This document shows positions 18,972 through 28,821 of a stretch of DNA of 64,000 nucleotides, piece after piece; the stretch's first letter is position 1; every line of letters starts with the position of its first letter. This DNA is from an uncultured Sarcina sp. GTDB taxonomy: Bacteria; Bacillota; Clostridia; Clostridiales; Clostridiaceae. The position numbers and the translations under genes were made by a program. The stretch lies in NCBI GenBank assembly GCA_963559995.1, contig CAUWNL010000001.1:13108-77107 (forward strand). The letters run 5' to 3'. The notes under the pieces were generated by a model. It worked only from the letters and a program-made list of their open reading frames with translations, was not told the DNA's origin and did no database searches.

Positions 18972-19724
18972 TCACTTATCATTTCTATTTATAAATTCAT
19001 TTATATATTCCATAGTCCTCTTAGAAAAGAGTATATTAAAATGATTAGTATTTTTTATTATCTCTAAAGTTGAATTTTTTATATTTTTGTGTATTTTTAA
19101 AAGATGCCTCCTATATATAACATCATTCTCTGCTCCTATAACCAAAGTTTCTATATTTAAGTTATTTAAATCCTTCATTGAAACTCCTATATCCTTTAAC
19201 ATAAGGTTCATTCTCCAAAGTTTAAATTGAGTTTTATTATTAGACCTAATTTTAATAATCTTGATTATTTCTAATACTAATTTATAAAGCCTTATTCCCC
19301 CTCTAAACCAAGTCTTTAATCCTCTAACTTTATTGTTTGCAGAAATTATTACCAACTTATTTATAAGTTCTGGCTTTTTCACTGCTATTACTAATGCTAC
19401 ATTCCCTCCATCACTATATCCTACAATATTTACTCTTTTTAAATTTTTTTTCTCACAAAATTTTATAATATCAGCTGCTAATAATCTTATAGAGTATGGA
19501 ATAACCCCTGTACTACTCTTACCATGTCCTCTACTATCTACTGCTATTACTCTATTTTCTTTGCTAAAGTGCTTATACATATTACAAAAAGCATAACTAT
19601 CAGAACTATTACCGTGTAAAAATAATATTATATTTCCACTTCCATTTTCGTAATATGCTAAATTTGTGCCATTTATACGTATATATTCTTCTTTTGCTAA
19701 TATCACTTTAATCACGCTCTCCAT
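18972..19724 (-). CDS. Alpha/beta-fold hydrolase
   Basis: 250 aa. HG oxyanion motif (LFLHGNSS), nucleophile elbow GYSDGG, and a C-terminal His (NTNHF). Confidence 0.65.
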   Translation of the reverse strand: MESVIKVILAKEEYIRINGTNLAYYENGSGNIILFLHGNSSDSYAFCNMYKHFSKENRVIAVDSRGHGKSSTGVIPYSIRLLAADIIKFCEKKNLKRVNIVGYSDGGNVALVIAVKKPELINKLVIISANNKVRGLKTWFRGGIRLYKLVLEIIKIIKIRSNNKTQFKLWRMNLMLKDIGVSMKDLNNLNIETLVIGAENDVIYRRHLLKIHKNIKNSTLEIIKNTNHFNILFSKRTMEYINEFINRNDK

Positions 19725-19836
19725 GGTTTGTCTTAATCATTATAAAATATAATTATGTCATTTTCATAAAAATATTTTAAATAACTTAAAAAAATTTATT
19801 CAAAGTAAAGGACTTTTTACTAATAATAAATCTTTT

Positions 19837-19885
19837 AAAAACAATAAAGCCAAAGATATATATATATCTTTGGCTTTATTGTTTT
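19837..19885 (-). terminator. Strong intrinsic terminator after the rubrerythrin gene
   Basis: Long perfect palindrome AAAACAATAAAGCCAAAGATATA / TATATCTTTGGCTTTATTGTTTT. Confidence 0.85.
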
Positions 19886-19907
19886 AAAATCTATAATTAA
19901 TTAAATT

Positions 19908-20450
19908 TTAGTTAAAATATCTATCTAATAAACCTTTGAAGGCTCTTCCATGTCTAGCTTCATCTTTGCACATTTCATGAACAGTATCATGAATTGCATC
20001 TAATCCTAATTGTTTAGCTAATGTAGCTAAATCTTTTTTACCTTGGCATGCACCATGTTCTGCATCAACTCTTACTTGTAAATTAGCTTTAGTATCAGCA
20101 GCTACAACTTCACCTAGTAATTCAGCAAATTTTGCAGCATGTTCTGCTTCTTCAAATGCTATTCTCTTATAAGCTTCAGCAACTTCTGGGAATCCTTCTC
20201 TATCAGCTTGTCTTGACATTGCTAAGTACATTCCAACTTCTGTACATTCTCCAGTAAAGTTAGCTTGTAATCCTTCTACTATTCTTGGATCTACCCCTTT
20301 GGCAACTCCAATTCTATGTTCATCAGCAAATGTTAAATCTCCTGTTTGTTCTACGAATTTATCTGAAGTTGCTTTACATATTGGGCAAACTTCTGGAGCT
20401 TGTTCTCCTTCATAAACATATCCACAAATTGTACAAACGAATTTTTTCAT
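19908..20450 (-). CDS. rbr: Reverse rubrerythrin (N-terminal rubredoxin-like CxxC...CxxC, C-terminal ferritin-like di-iron domain)
   Basis: 180 aa. [12 protein letters not shown]...CPICKA, then the E..EH motifs EEAEHAAKF and DEARHGRAF. Less AT-rich than its neighbours. Confidence 0.85.
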   Translation of the reverse strand: MKKFVCTICGYVYEGEQAPEVCPICKATSDKFVEQTGDLTFADEHRIGVAKGVDPRIVEGLQANFTGECTEVGMYLAMSRQADREGFPEVAEAYKRIAFEEAEHAAKFAELLGEVVAADTKANLQVRVDAEHGACQGKKDLATLAKQLGLDAIHDTVHEMCKDEARHGRAFKGLLDRYFN

Positions 20451-20501
20451 AATTAATTCCTCCTAAATTTATAAACATTATTTTAGTAATTTATTATTAA
20501 A

Positions 20502-20523
20502 ATCATAAATTAATAATTATGAT
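20502..20523. promoter_or_regulatory. Inverted repeat upstream of rbr; candidate Fur/PerR-family operator
   Basis: ATCATAA-N8-TTATGAT, 52-73 nt upstream of the ATG at 20450. Confidence 0.25.
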
Positions 20524-20714
20524 ATTATTAATTTCAAAACATAAATTTACTTATTTTAAGTAAATTTTAAATTATATCAAATTTAACTTTTATATGTACA
20601 TTATTATAGCTTGTCTAAATTTTCATAAATTTTCCTCATAAAACGATTATATAATAATAGTTATTATTTATCAATAGTTTTTTAATTTTTTTAAATATTT
20701 TTATAAACCAGAGA

Positions 20715-20744
20715 AAAACAACCTAAGTGTTATTAGGTTGTTTT
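20715..20744 (-). terminator. Hairpin terminator after the ABM-domain gene
   Basis: 12-bp stem AAAACAACCTAA / TTAGGTTGTTTT, loop GTGTTA. Confidence 0.6.
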
Positions 20745-20771
20745 AGGATTTTTTGTATAATATTGAATTAA

Positions 20772-21059
20772 TTATTTTATTTCTTTATATATATTTACAT
20801 CACCTTCTGATTCTTGAAGATCACCCATTTTAGGAAATATTTCTTTAAAATGTTTAGAATTAAAATGTTTTTGTAAATCCTCTTCACTTTTCCAAAACTC
20901 TATAAACGTCATTATATTTGATTCTTTTGAATCTTCATATAAGTTATAAGATATGTTTCCCTCTTCTTTTCTTGTTTCTTCTATTATTTTATCTGCGTAT
21001 TTTTTAAACTCTTCTATCTTATCTTTTTTAACTATTGATTTTGCAACTACTGTTAACAT
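20772..21059 (-). CDS. ABM-domain (antibiotic-biosynthesis-monooxygenase-like) small protein
   Basis: 95 aa. The size and pattern (NISYNLYED...FIEFWKSEEDLQKHFNSKHF) are typical of the ferredoxin-like ABM fold. Confidence 0.6.
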   Translation of the reverse strand: MLTVVAKSIVKKDKIEEFKKYADKIIEETRKEEGNISYNLYEDSKESNIMTFIEFWKSEEDLQKHFNSKHFKEIFPKMGDLQESEGDVNIYKEIK

Positions 21060-21259
21060 ACTTTACACATCCTTTATAATTATTATTTATAATTTTATTT
21101 TAATCTAATACTTTCTTTAAATAAAGTTATATAAAATAAAAAAAGCCCACATTAATAAACTATTTATAAAAACATATAAATTAATTCAAAATGTAGACTA
21201 TATTTAAATATCAATTTTATTATTATATTAATATCATAAATTTATACAAGATTTAATAA

Positions 21260-21706
21260 TTATATTTCTTCTCCACTTTTTAAAGCTTTATTTAAAGCAC
21301 CTTCAAAACTTAATCTCTCACACTCTGTAAAATCTACCATTATCTTATTTAAAAATTCTTTTTCTATACCCTCTAAAGTTCTTTTTATTTTTACAGCCTC
21401 TGGTAACAAACTTATATAAACGCTTCTTCTATCAGCTTCACAAACACATTTTTTTATTAAACCAATATTTTCGTATTTTACTATCATTTCAGATAAAGAT
21501 GATTTAGATATACCCCAGGCTTTAGCTAAATCATTAAATAACATTTTTTCCCCGCTTTCAGGTAATATATAAAACAATGATATATGATTTTTAAGTATGG
21601 GTAAGTTTTCTTCTTTTATTCTTTTTTCTACATATCTACTAGAAATAAGACTTATTTCATTTATCTTGCCTATTATACATCTGTTTCCCATAAAATCATT
21701 CTCCAA
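21260..21706 (-). CDS. MarR-family transcriptional regulator
   Basis: 148 aa. Winged HTH LAKAWGISKSSLSEMIVKYENIGLIKK...DRRSVYISL. Confidence 0.75.
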   Translation of the reverse strand: MENDFMGNRCIIGKINEISLISSRYVEKRIKEENLPILKNHISLFYILPESGEKMLFNDLAKAWGISKSSLSEMIVKYENIGLIKKCVCEADRRSVYISLLPEAVKIKRTLEGIEKEFLNKIMVDFTECERLSFEGALNKALKSGEEI

Positions 21707-21786
21707 TCAGTCTTTCTTCTAACAGATAATAACACTGTTAACGTGTCTGTGTCAACATTTTAAGGGCACTTAAAAATATTAAATTT

Positions 21787-22338
21787 TTAAGATAAATTAA
21801 ATGTTATCCTAGCCTTATTAACTATAGGTGCAAGAATTAAAGCTATTATTATTCCTAGTATTATCTCTGAAGAATCTCCAGGTACATGAGCTATAGCGTA
21901 AAGAATAGCTGGGATAAAACCATGAACTGCTCCCATTATCACTCCACCCATTATTGCATTTCCTATAAAATATCCTCCTAATGATACAAATCCTGCTACA
22001 ATAAATGATATTATGTAAATTTTATAGGATCTTTTTGTTGCTCTTTCAAGTATAGCTCCTGCAACATAGCCCATGGCTCCTTGTATTACAAAAGAAAAAG
22101 GTGCCCAAATAAGATAACCACTTGTTGCATCTATTAATCCCATTCCTATTGCAGCAGCTAGTGCACCTCTCTTCTTACCTAAAAGAACTGCTCCAAGTAA
22201 AATCATACAATCTCCTGGCTGCATAAATCCATTTAAAGTTGGTATCTTAATTACGCTTCCAGCTACAAATGTAAGTGCTATCATAAGTGCTGTTAAAATC
22301 ATTATTAATACATTATTATTTCTTGCTCTTTGTTCCAT
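21787..22338 (-). CDS. ECF-transporter S-component-like membrane protein, paralog 1 (substrate unknown)
   Basis: 183 aa, about 5-6 TM helices. The pattern LTALMIALTFVAGSVIKIP...LLGKKRGAL..A.GMGLID resembles S components of the PF12822 type. Assigned by pattern only. Confidence 0.5.
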   Translation of the reverse strand: MEQRARNNNVLIMILTALMIALTFVAGSVIKIPTLNGFMQPGDCMILLGAVLLGKKRGALAAAIGMGLIDATSGYLIWAPFSFVIQGAMGYVAGAILERATKRSYKIYIISFIVAGFVSLGGYFIGNAIMGGVIMGAVHGFIPAILYAIAHVPGDSSEIILGIIIALILAPIVNKARITFNLS

Positions 22339-22586
22339 AAAATTTCCTTCCTTAAAATATGTAATGAATTAAAATATACTTTATATTAATTGTAGATAGA
22401 TTATAAAATATTTAATTCTCTAATCTATCTAACCAAATAGTATTGCCTTTAAATAAACACCTGTTTTAATATATATCTATAATGATTTTATTGCAAATGT
22501 ACCGGTACTATTATGTTACATAGCTATTAGCTGAAAACTTTTTAATATAGTATTTTTAAAGAAACATATTTATAAATTCTAAGCTT

Positions 22587-23138
22587 TTATAATAAATTAA
22601 ACCTTTCCTTAGCTTTATAAGCTATAGGAGCTAATATTAGTGCTATTATAATTCCTACTATAGACTGCAAGGAATCTCCTAAAATAAGACTTACAGCATA
22701 AATAATACTTGGTATAAACCCACTGACTGTACCAATTATTATTCCACCTATTATTATATTTCCTATGAAATATCCTATTATATTTATAACCCCTCCTATT
22801 ATAAAGGCAATAAGATATCCTTTATAAGTTTTCTCTTTTATTCTATCTAATACTACTCCAGTAAAATATGCCATAGCCCCTTTTATTATAAAGGTAAATG
22901 GTGCCCAAATAAGATATCCTGCTGTTATATCAACAAATGCCATTCCTATTGCACCTGATAATGCACCTCTTTTCTTACCTAAAAGAACTGCTCCAAGTAA
23001 AACCATACAATCACCAGGTTGTATAAAACCATTTAAAGTTGGTATTTTAATTACACTTCCTGCTATAAAAGTAATTGCTATCATAAGGGCTGTTAAAATC
23101 ATTACTTTTATATTGTTATTTTTTGTTCCTTCCTCCAT
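22587..23138 (-). CDS. ECF-transporter S-component-like membrane protein, paralog 2
   Basis: 183 aa, colinear and clearly similar to 21787-22338. The region IKIPTLNGF.QPGDCM.LLGAVLLGKKRGAL is nearly identical. Confidence 0.5.
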   Translation of the reverse strand: MEEGTKNNNIKVMILTALMIAITFIAGSVIKIPTLNGFIQPGDCMVLLGAVLLGKKRGALSGAIGMAFVDITAGYLIWAPFTFIIKGAMAYFTGVVLDRIKEKTYKGYLIAFIIGGVINIIGYFIGNIIIGGIIIGTVSGFIPSIIYAVSLILGDSLQSIVGIIIALILAPIAYKAKERFNLL

Positions 23139-23463
23139 TCCTCCACCTCGTTAAATATTATATCTTTTTATGTTATAAAAAATGTAATAAATATAAAATA
23201 TATACTTTATTAATATATATCTTCAATATAATTATTGCAAACACATCCATACTTTTTTAGACTAAACCATATTCATTACTTTAGTAACTATCTTTAAAAA
23301 CCACTATTATATATACTTAATATATACTTATTTTTATAGGTTGTTAATAAATAAGCTTTATTAAATTAAAAATACTTAGTTAATTTTTTATTTTTTAAAT
23401 GATTTATTTATTAAAGAGTGTTATTTTAAATATATAGACTATTTTAAGTAAGGAGGAAATTTT

Positions 23464-24141
23464 ATGATCGAAGTAAAAAATGTAACAAGAAAGTACAAAA
23501 TGGGAAAAGAAATTGTAGTAGCTTTAAATAATGTGTCCTTAAACATTGATAAAGGAGAATTTGTTGCTATTGTTGGACCATCTGGCTCTGGTAAATCTAC
23601 AATAATGCACATAATAGGTGGATTAGATTCTCCAACTGAAGGTCATGTATATTTTGATGGAAAAGATATTTCAAAATATAAAGATAAAGAAAAGGCTAGA
23701 TTTAGAAATTCAGAAATTGGTTTTGTTTTTCAAGCATTTAACCTAGAAAACACTCAAACTGCTTTAGAAAATGTTATGATGCCATTAATATTTTCAGGTT
23801 CTTCAAAAAAAGATAGAAAAATTAAAGCATCTAAAGCTTTAGAACTTGTAGAACTTGGTCATTTAAAAAAACATAAACCAAATGAAATGTCAGGTGGACA
23901 AAGACAAAGAGTCTCTATAGCTAGAGCCCTTGTAAATGACCCTAAAATAATATTTGCTGATGAACCTACTGGGAACCTAGATTCTAAAACTGGTGAAAAT
24001 ATTATAAAACTTTTTAATGAACTAAATGATAAAGGGTACACCATAATAATGGTAACGCACAACATGGATGAAGCTAAAAAAGCTAAGAGAGTTGTAAGAA
24101 TAAAAGATGGAAACATAATTTCAGATTCTCTTAATGTTTAA
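23464..24141 (+). CDS. ABC transporter ATP-binding protein, MacB/LolD-like
   Basis: 225 aa. Walker A GPSGSGKST, signature MSGGQRQRV, Walker B IIFADEPT. Confidence 0.85.
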   Translation: MIEVKNVTRKYKMGKEIVVALNNVSLNIDKGEFVAIVGPSGSGKSTIMHIIGGLDSPTEGHVYFDGKDISKYKDKEKARFRNSEIGFVFQAFNLENTQTALENVMMPLIFSGSSKKDRKIKASKALELVELGHLKKHKPNEMSGGQRQRVSIARALVNDPKIIFADEPTGNLDSKTGENIIKLFNELNDKGYTIIMVTHNMDEAKKAKRVVRIKDGNIISDSLNV

Positions 24142-24177
24142 AATAGCACTAAAATAAAAAATAAAGGAGGTATTTAA

Positions 24178-25497
24178 GTGAAATTTAGCGATAATTTATC
24201 TTTTGCAGTTAGAGATTTAAATAGAAGAAAAAAAAGAACTCTTTTAACATCAATAGGTATAATAGTTGGAACTATCTTAATTCTTTTAATGGTTTCCTTA
24301 GGACTTACGCTAAAGGGTTTCTTAGTTCAAACTATAGATAGCGGTTCAAGTTCTAAAGTAGTTACCGTTGAACCATTTAAAGCTGATTCTAACTTAAAAG
24401 ATATAAAAAATTATACTACATGGCTTAAAACAAATTTTAATAAAATAGATGACTCTACTTTAAGCAAAATAAGCAAAATATCTGGAGTAAATCAAATTCA
24501 GGCATACATAAGTGGCGACTTAGCTAGAATAGAGCTAAATGGTAATACATATAATGCAACCTTTCCTATAATAGGATACGATTTAAATTATAATATTTTT
24601 CTTACTAGTCAAATAGATTCTGCAAAAACATCTTCTAAGGATGTAAACTTTAAATCTATAATTGCAGGAACTACTTTAAACAAGTTTAATGAAAATGATG
24701 TTTTAGTTGGTGAATCACTTTTAAGTGATTTAGGCATAACAAATCCTAATGATATAATAGGAAAACAACTAACTTTTGTTTTAAATAATATAAATGGGAC
24801 TCCTATAACACCTGTTTATAAAACTTTTACAGTTGCAGGAGTAATAAATAAAAACTTATCATCTGGTAATAAAATAGTTATGGATATTCAAAATGCGGCT
24901 AGTCTTATAGGTGTCTTACAATATACTAACAACTTTATGGGTACCTATGGATATAATGGGGTTAAAATAGAAGCAACTAATATAAGTGATGTATCTTCTA
25001 TACAAAATTCATTAACCTCTTTAGGGTATAAAACAAGTTCTAATGAATCAACTACAAAAGAAATAGATAAAAACTTTAATAATGTAACTCTTATGTTATC
25101 TATCTTAGGAATCATAGTTTTAATTGTTGCGGCTATTGGAATTATTAATACTATGATAATGGCGGTTCATGAAAGAACAAAGAGTATTGGAGTTATGAAA
25201 TCCCTTGGAGCTAGTAGTTCTGATATCTTATCTATGTTCTTATTCCAATCTGCTGTTATTGGACTTATAGGTAGTGTTATTGGATCTTTAATAAGCATAG
25301 GATTATTTAAACTTATTAGTTACTATATTCAACAATCCTTGTTAAAGCAAGGTTTTTCACTTAGTCTTCTAAGTAACATTCCTTGGTGGCTTATAGCAGC
25401 TACTATTGCCTTTTCAGTTATAATATCCTTACTTGCAGGAATTTATCCAGCTATAAGAGCATCAAAACTAGACCCAATTGAAGCATTAAGACATTAA
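24178..25497 (+). CDS. FtsX/MacB-type ABC permease 1 (4 TM with a large extracytoplasmic domain)
   Basis: 439 aa. GTG start behind AAAGGAGG, N-terminal TM helix, roughly 280-aa external domain, and a C-terminal 3-TM FtsX domain (HERTKSIGVMKSLGAS). Confidence 0.75.
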   Translation: MKFSDNLSFAVRDLNRRKKRTLLTSIGIIVGTILILLMVSLGLTLKGFLVQTIDSGSSSKVVTVEPFKADSNLKDIKNYTTWLKTNFNKIDDSTLSKISKISGVNQIQAYISGDLARIELNGNTYNATFPIIGYDLNYNIFLTSQIDSAKTSSKDVNFKSIIAGTTLNKFNENDVLVGESLLSDLGITNPNDIIGKQLTFVLNNINGTPITPVYKTFTVAGVINKNLSSGNKIVMDIQNAASLIGVLQYTNNFMGTYGYNGVKIEATNISDVSSIQNSLTSLGYKTSSNESTTKEIDKNFNNVTLMLSILGIIVLIVAAIGIINTMIMAVHERTKSIGVMKSLGASSSDILSMFLFQSAVIGLIGSVIGSLISIGLFKLISYYIQQSLLKQGFSLSLLSNIPWWLIAATIAFSVIISLLAGIYPAIRASKLDPIEALRH

Positions 25498-25510
25498 GGA
25501 GGAGTATGTT

Positions 25511-26815
25511 ATGAAAATTTCAGATGGTATTTTTATATCCTTAAGAGATATAAAAAGAAGAAAACTTAGAAGTATATTAACTATTATAGCCATTTCAGTA
25601 GGTAGCATGCTTTTAGTTGCTATGCAGGGTATGGGAACCTCTATAAGTTCAAATGCTACAAAATTTATCACAAGCTTTGGCAGTTTAGAGAATGTTATAG
25701 TTATGCCTCAAAAGTATGAATCAAATTATAACTTTGCTACACATCTTAATTTAGACTCTTCAAGCACTATGCTTCCTTATGTTGCTAATAAACAAGAAAG
25801 TTCTAAAACTGTAGATTTAACTAAAATCATTGATGATAACACCGTTAAAAGTGTTTCACAAATTAAAAATGTAAATAGCGTAAGTGCTTACAATACAGCT
25901 ACTGCTAGTACTATTAGCCTAAGTGGTATACATAACACTGCCTCTGATGTAACTGTTCAAGGGTATAGCAAAGATTATAATTACAGTGCTAAGATTCTTT
26001 ATGGTAAGCAATTAAGCGGAGCCTCTGGAGAATTTTTAGTTGATGAGGCCTTTTTAAAGAATTTAGGAATAACTGATTATTCTAGTGCTATAGGTAAAAC
26101 CATAACCTTAACTGTACATTCTCAATTATCTACCACACCTTTAACCATTACTGGAACAATCGAAGGTATATTTAAACAAGGCACTTTCGATTTAGGTGAT
26201 GTAATAACTTATAATACCGTAACAAACAAAATGATAGATTATTCCTATGGACTTACACCTACTACTAATTCAAAGGCAACATACTCTATGATAAGTTTGT
26301 ATGCAAATAGTCAATCTGATGTAAATGCAATAACAAGTACAATAAACAATAATTTAGGTTATGAAACATTTAACCTAGGTCAAATTGTTGGTCTTGCTAA
26401 TATATTTGTAGGTTTTGTTAATGGTCTTTTAGATTTAGCAGCTATAATTGTTGTAATTGTTGCTGGAATCGGCCTTGTAAATACTATGAATATGACAGTC
26501 CAAGAAAAGAAAAAATGGATTGGAATTATGAGTTCACTTGGAGCTTCTAAATCTAATATAAGATTTATTTTCCTAGCACAATCTATAATTCTTGGAACAC
26601 TAGGTGCAATCTTAGGTTCTATAATAGGATATATCGCTTTACTTTTGGTAAATCAATATTTAATCATGTCAGGAAAAGATTTTACAATTGTTATAACCCC
26701 TTTGATTATAATCTCTTCTATAATTATAACAATAGTGGTTTCAATAATTGCAGGACTTATCCCTGCATCAAAGGCTGCAAAATTAGATGTTATTGAGATT
26801 ATAAATGAAGAATAA
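25511..26815 (+). CDS. FtsX/MacB-type ABC permease 2
   Basis: 434 aa with the same architecture (QEKKKWIGIMSSLGAS). Low similarity to permease 1. Confidence 0.75.
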   Translation: MKISDGIFISLRDIKRRKLRSILTIIAISVGSMLLVAMQGMGTSISSNATKFITSFGSLENVIVMPQKYESNYNFATHLNLDSSSTMLPYVANKQESSKTVDLTKIIDDNTVKSVSQIKNVNSVSAYNTATASTISLSGIHNTASDVTVQGYSKDYNYSAKILYGKQLSGASGEFLVDEAFLKNLGITDYSSAIGKTITLTVHSQLSTTPLTITGTIEGIFKQGTFDLGDVITYNTVTNKMIDYSYGLTPTTNSKATYSMISLYANSQSDVNAITSTINNNLGYETFNLGQIVGLANIFVGFVNGLLDLAAIIVVIVAGIGLVNTMNMTVQEKKKWIGIMSSLGASKSNIRFIFLAQSIILGTLGAILGSIIGYIALLLVNQYLIMSGKDFTIVITPLIIISSIIITIVVSIIAGLIPASKAAKLDVIEIINEE

Positions 26816-27041
26816 TAAAATTACTAAATTTCTATAACTTACTAGGTTTAAAATATTAGAAAGCTAATCGTAATTTTATTTTAAAGATAATTAAATATTA
26901 GATACTTATTAAAATATTCTTTTACTTTTTAAAATTAACATCATTATAGAATATTGATAAATTATCTAAAATAATAAGGAGTAGATAAAAAATTATCTGC
27001 CCCTTATTTATATAAATTTATATCTAATCTAAATATATAAA

Positions 27042-27773
27042 TTATCTTGCCACTATCTCATCTATATTGTCAGGTTTACCTACATAAAGCCCACCGTGAT
27101 AGCAACATACTCTTTCAATATCTAATTCTTTTAACTTCTTTAAAGATTCTCTAGCTTCTTTAGGGTCATTGTTGTACATATCTGAAACAATATTTAATTT
27201 TCCACCTTCATTAGCTAAAGTATCCCCTGTTATTAAAGTTTTGTCTTTTGCTATATATAAGCAAATATGTCCTGGAGTGTGCCCTGGAGTCCCTACAACT
27301 TCAATTTTTGCTCCAGCTAAGTTTAAAACATCACCAGGTTTTATTATTTCATCAACATTTACATAAGACCTTGGAAATCCTGCCTTTAGCATTTCATAAA
27401 ATCCTTTTTTAGCTTCATCTAAACTATCTTTAACTTTTTCTAAGTTAGCTAATTTTATTGGAGTCTTTCTTCCTGAAATATATTCAGCTTCTATTTCAGT
27501 AGCTAATATCTTAACTTTATCTCCTAATAATTCTTTAAATTCTCTAGCTGAACCTACATGGTCTATATCATGATGTGTCATTATTATTGTTTTTAATTTA
27601 TTTATATCTATGTACTTCTCAATAGCTTTTTTTAACCCTTCATATCTTCCTGGGTAGTCTGTATCAACTAAAACAGCTTCCTCATCATTATATATTAAAA
27701 CTGGGTTTACAAACCTCATCTCTTCAATTCCAGGAATATCTGCAGTTAAAACCTCTATTTTATAATTACTCAT
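27042..27773 (-). CDS. MBL-fold metallo-hydrolase
   Basis: 243 aa. THHDIDHVG (HxHxDH) and a downstream GHTPGH. Confidence 0.8.
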   Translation of the reverse strand: MSNYKIEVLTADIPGIEEMRFVNPVLIYNDEEAVLVDTDYPGRYEGLKKAIEKYIDINKLKTIIMTHHDIDHVGSAREFKELLGDKVKILATEIEAEYISGRKTPIKLANLEKVKDSLDEAKKGFYEMLKAGFPRSYVNVDEIIKPGDVLNLAGAKIEVVGTPGHTPGHICLYIAKDKTLITGDTLANEGGKLNIVSDMYNNDPKEARESLKKLKELDIERVCCYHGGLYVGKPDNIDEIVAR

Positions 27774-28126
27774 ATCAAACTCTCCTTTGTATTTTTATTT
27801 TTGACTCTATTTTAAATAAAAACTATGCTAAAATAGAATCTTATTTTTGCATTTTATATAATGGTTAAATTATAATATTTTATTATATTTTCTTTAAGTT
27901 TTAGTATATAAAATTCTCAATATTTTATTTAATATTTTAATCGATTTCGAACAAATAATCAATATTAATTTTTTGTTAACAATCTAAGTTAACTTTTTTA
28001 TATTGCCCTTATCTAAAACTTTACTTTATAGCATATAATTTTAAAATTAAACTCTTTTAATACAATGTTGATTTTAGATAAGAGTAAATAAGTATTTCTA
28101 AAATCAACATTCATTTAAAGGCAAGC

Positions 28127-28819
28127 CTAATCATTAAATCTATATCCTGTGCCCCAAATAGTCTCTATGTATTCAGGATTTGATGGGTCTTGCTCTAGTT
28201 TTTTTCTAAGCTTTTGAATATGTACTGCAACAGTTGCAGTATCTCCTATATATTCTTCACCCCAAATTCTATTAAATAGCTTATCCTTTGTAAAAACTAT
28301 ATTAGGATTTGTAGCTAAAAATAATAAAAGTTCGTATTCTTTAGTTGTTAATATAATCTCCTTTCCTCTTATAAAAACCTTATGAGAATCCGTTCTTATC
28401 TCTAAGGCCTTATTAGTTATTATATCACTTGATGGCTTTTTACCTATAAGCCTTTCGTACCTTATTATATGAGATTTTATTCTAGCAACAAGTTCTGCTG
28501 GGCTAAAGGGCTTTGTTAAATAATCATCTGCCCCAAAACCTAAGCCTCTTATTTTATCTATATCCTCAGTTTTTGCTGAGACTATTATTATAGGAACTTC
28601 TGACTTTTCCCTTACCTCTTTTACAATATCATAACCACTTCTTCCTGGAAGCATTATATCAACTATTATAAGTTCATACTTATTGCTTAATGCCTTTTTT
28701 AATCCCTCATCTCCATCATAGATAAGTTCTACGTTATATCCATTTAATTGTAGATAATCTCTTTCAAGTTCTGCAATATTTAAATCATCTTCTATTATTA
28801 GAATTTTTTTCTCGTCCAT
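28127..28819 (-). CDS. OmpR/PhoB-family response regulator
   Basis: The start is moved to ATG 28819 (MDEKKILIIEDD), 7 nt after AAGGAGG. The ORF-track start at 28837 lies inside the kinase gene. Winged helix ...IWGTGYRF. Confidence 0.85.
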   Translation of the reverse strand: MDEKKILIIEDDLNIAELERDYLQLNGYNVELIYDGDEGLKKALSNKYELIIVDIMLPGRSGYDIVKEVREKSEVPIIIVSAKTEDIDKIRGLGFGADDYLTKPFSPAELVARIKSHIIRYERLIGKKPSSDIITNKALEIRTDSHKVFIRGKEIILTTKEYELLLFLATNPNIVFTKDKLFNRIWGEEYIGDTATVAVHIQKLRKKLEQDPSNPEYIETIWGTGYRFND

Positions 28820-28821
28820 TT

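Noticed and set aside
28064-28111. 13-bp-arm inverted repeat AATGTTGATTTTA-N22-TAAAATCAACATT downstream of the response regulator
   Set aside because: It is probably just the terminator of the two-component operon. The long loop and AT-rich stem make it weak, and there is no evidence for another role.
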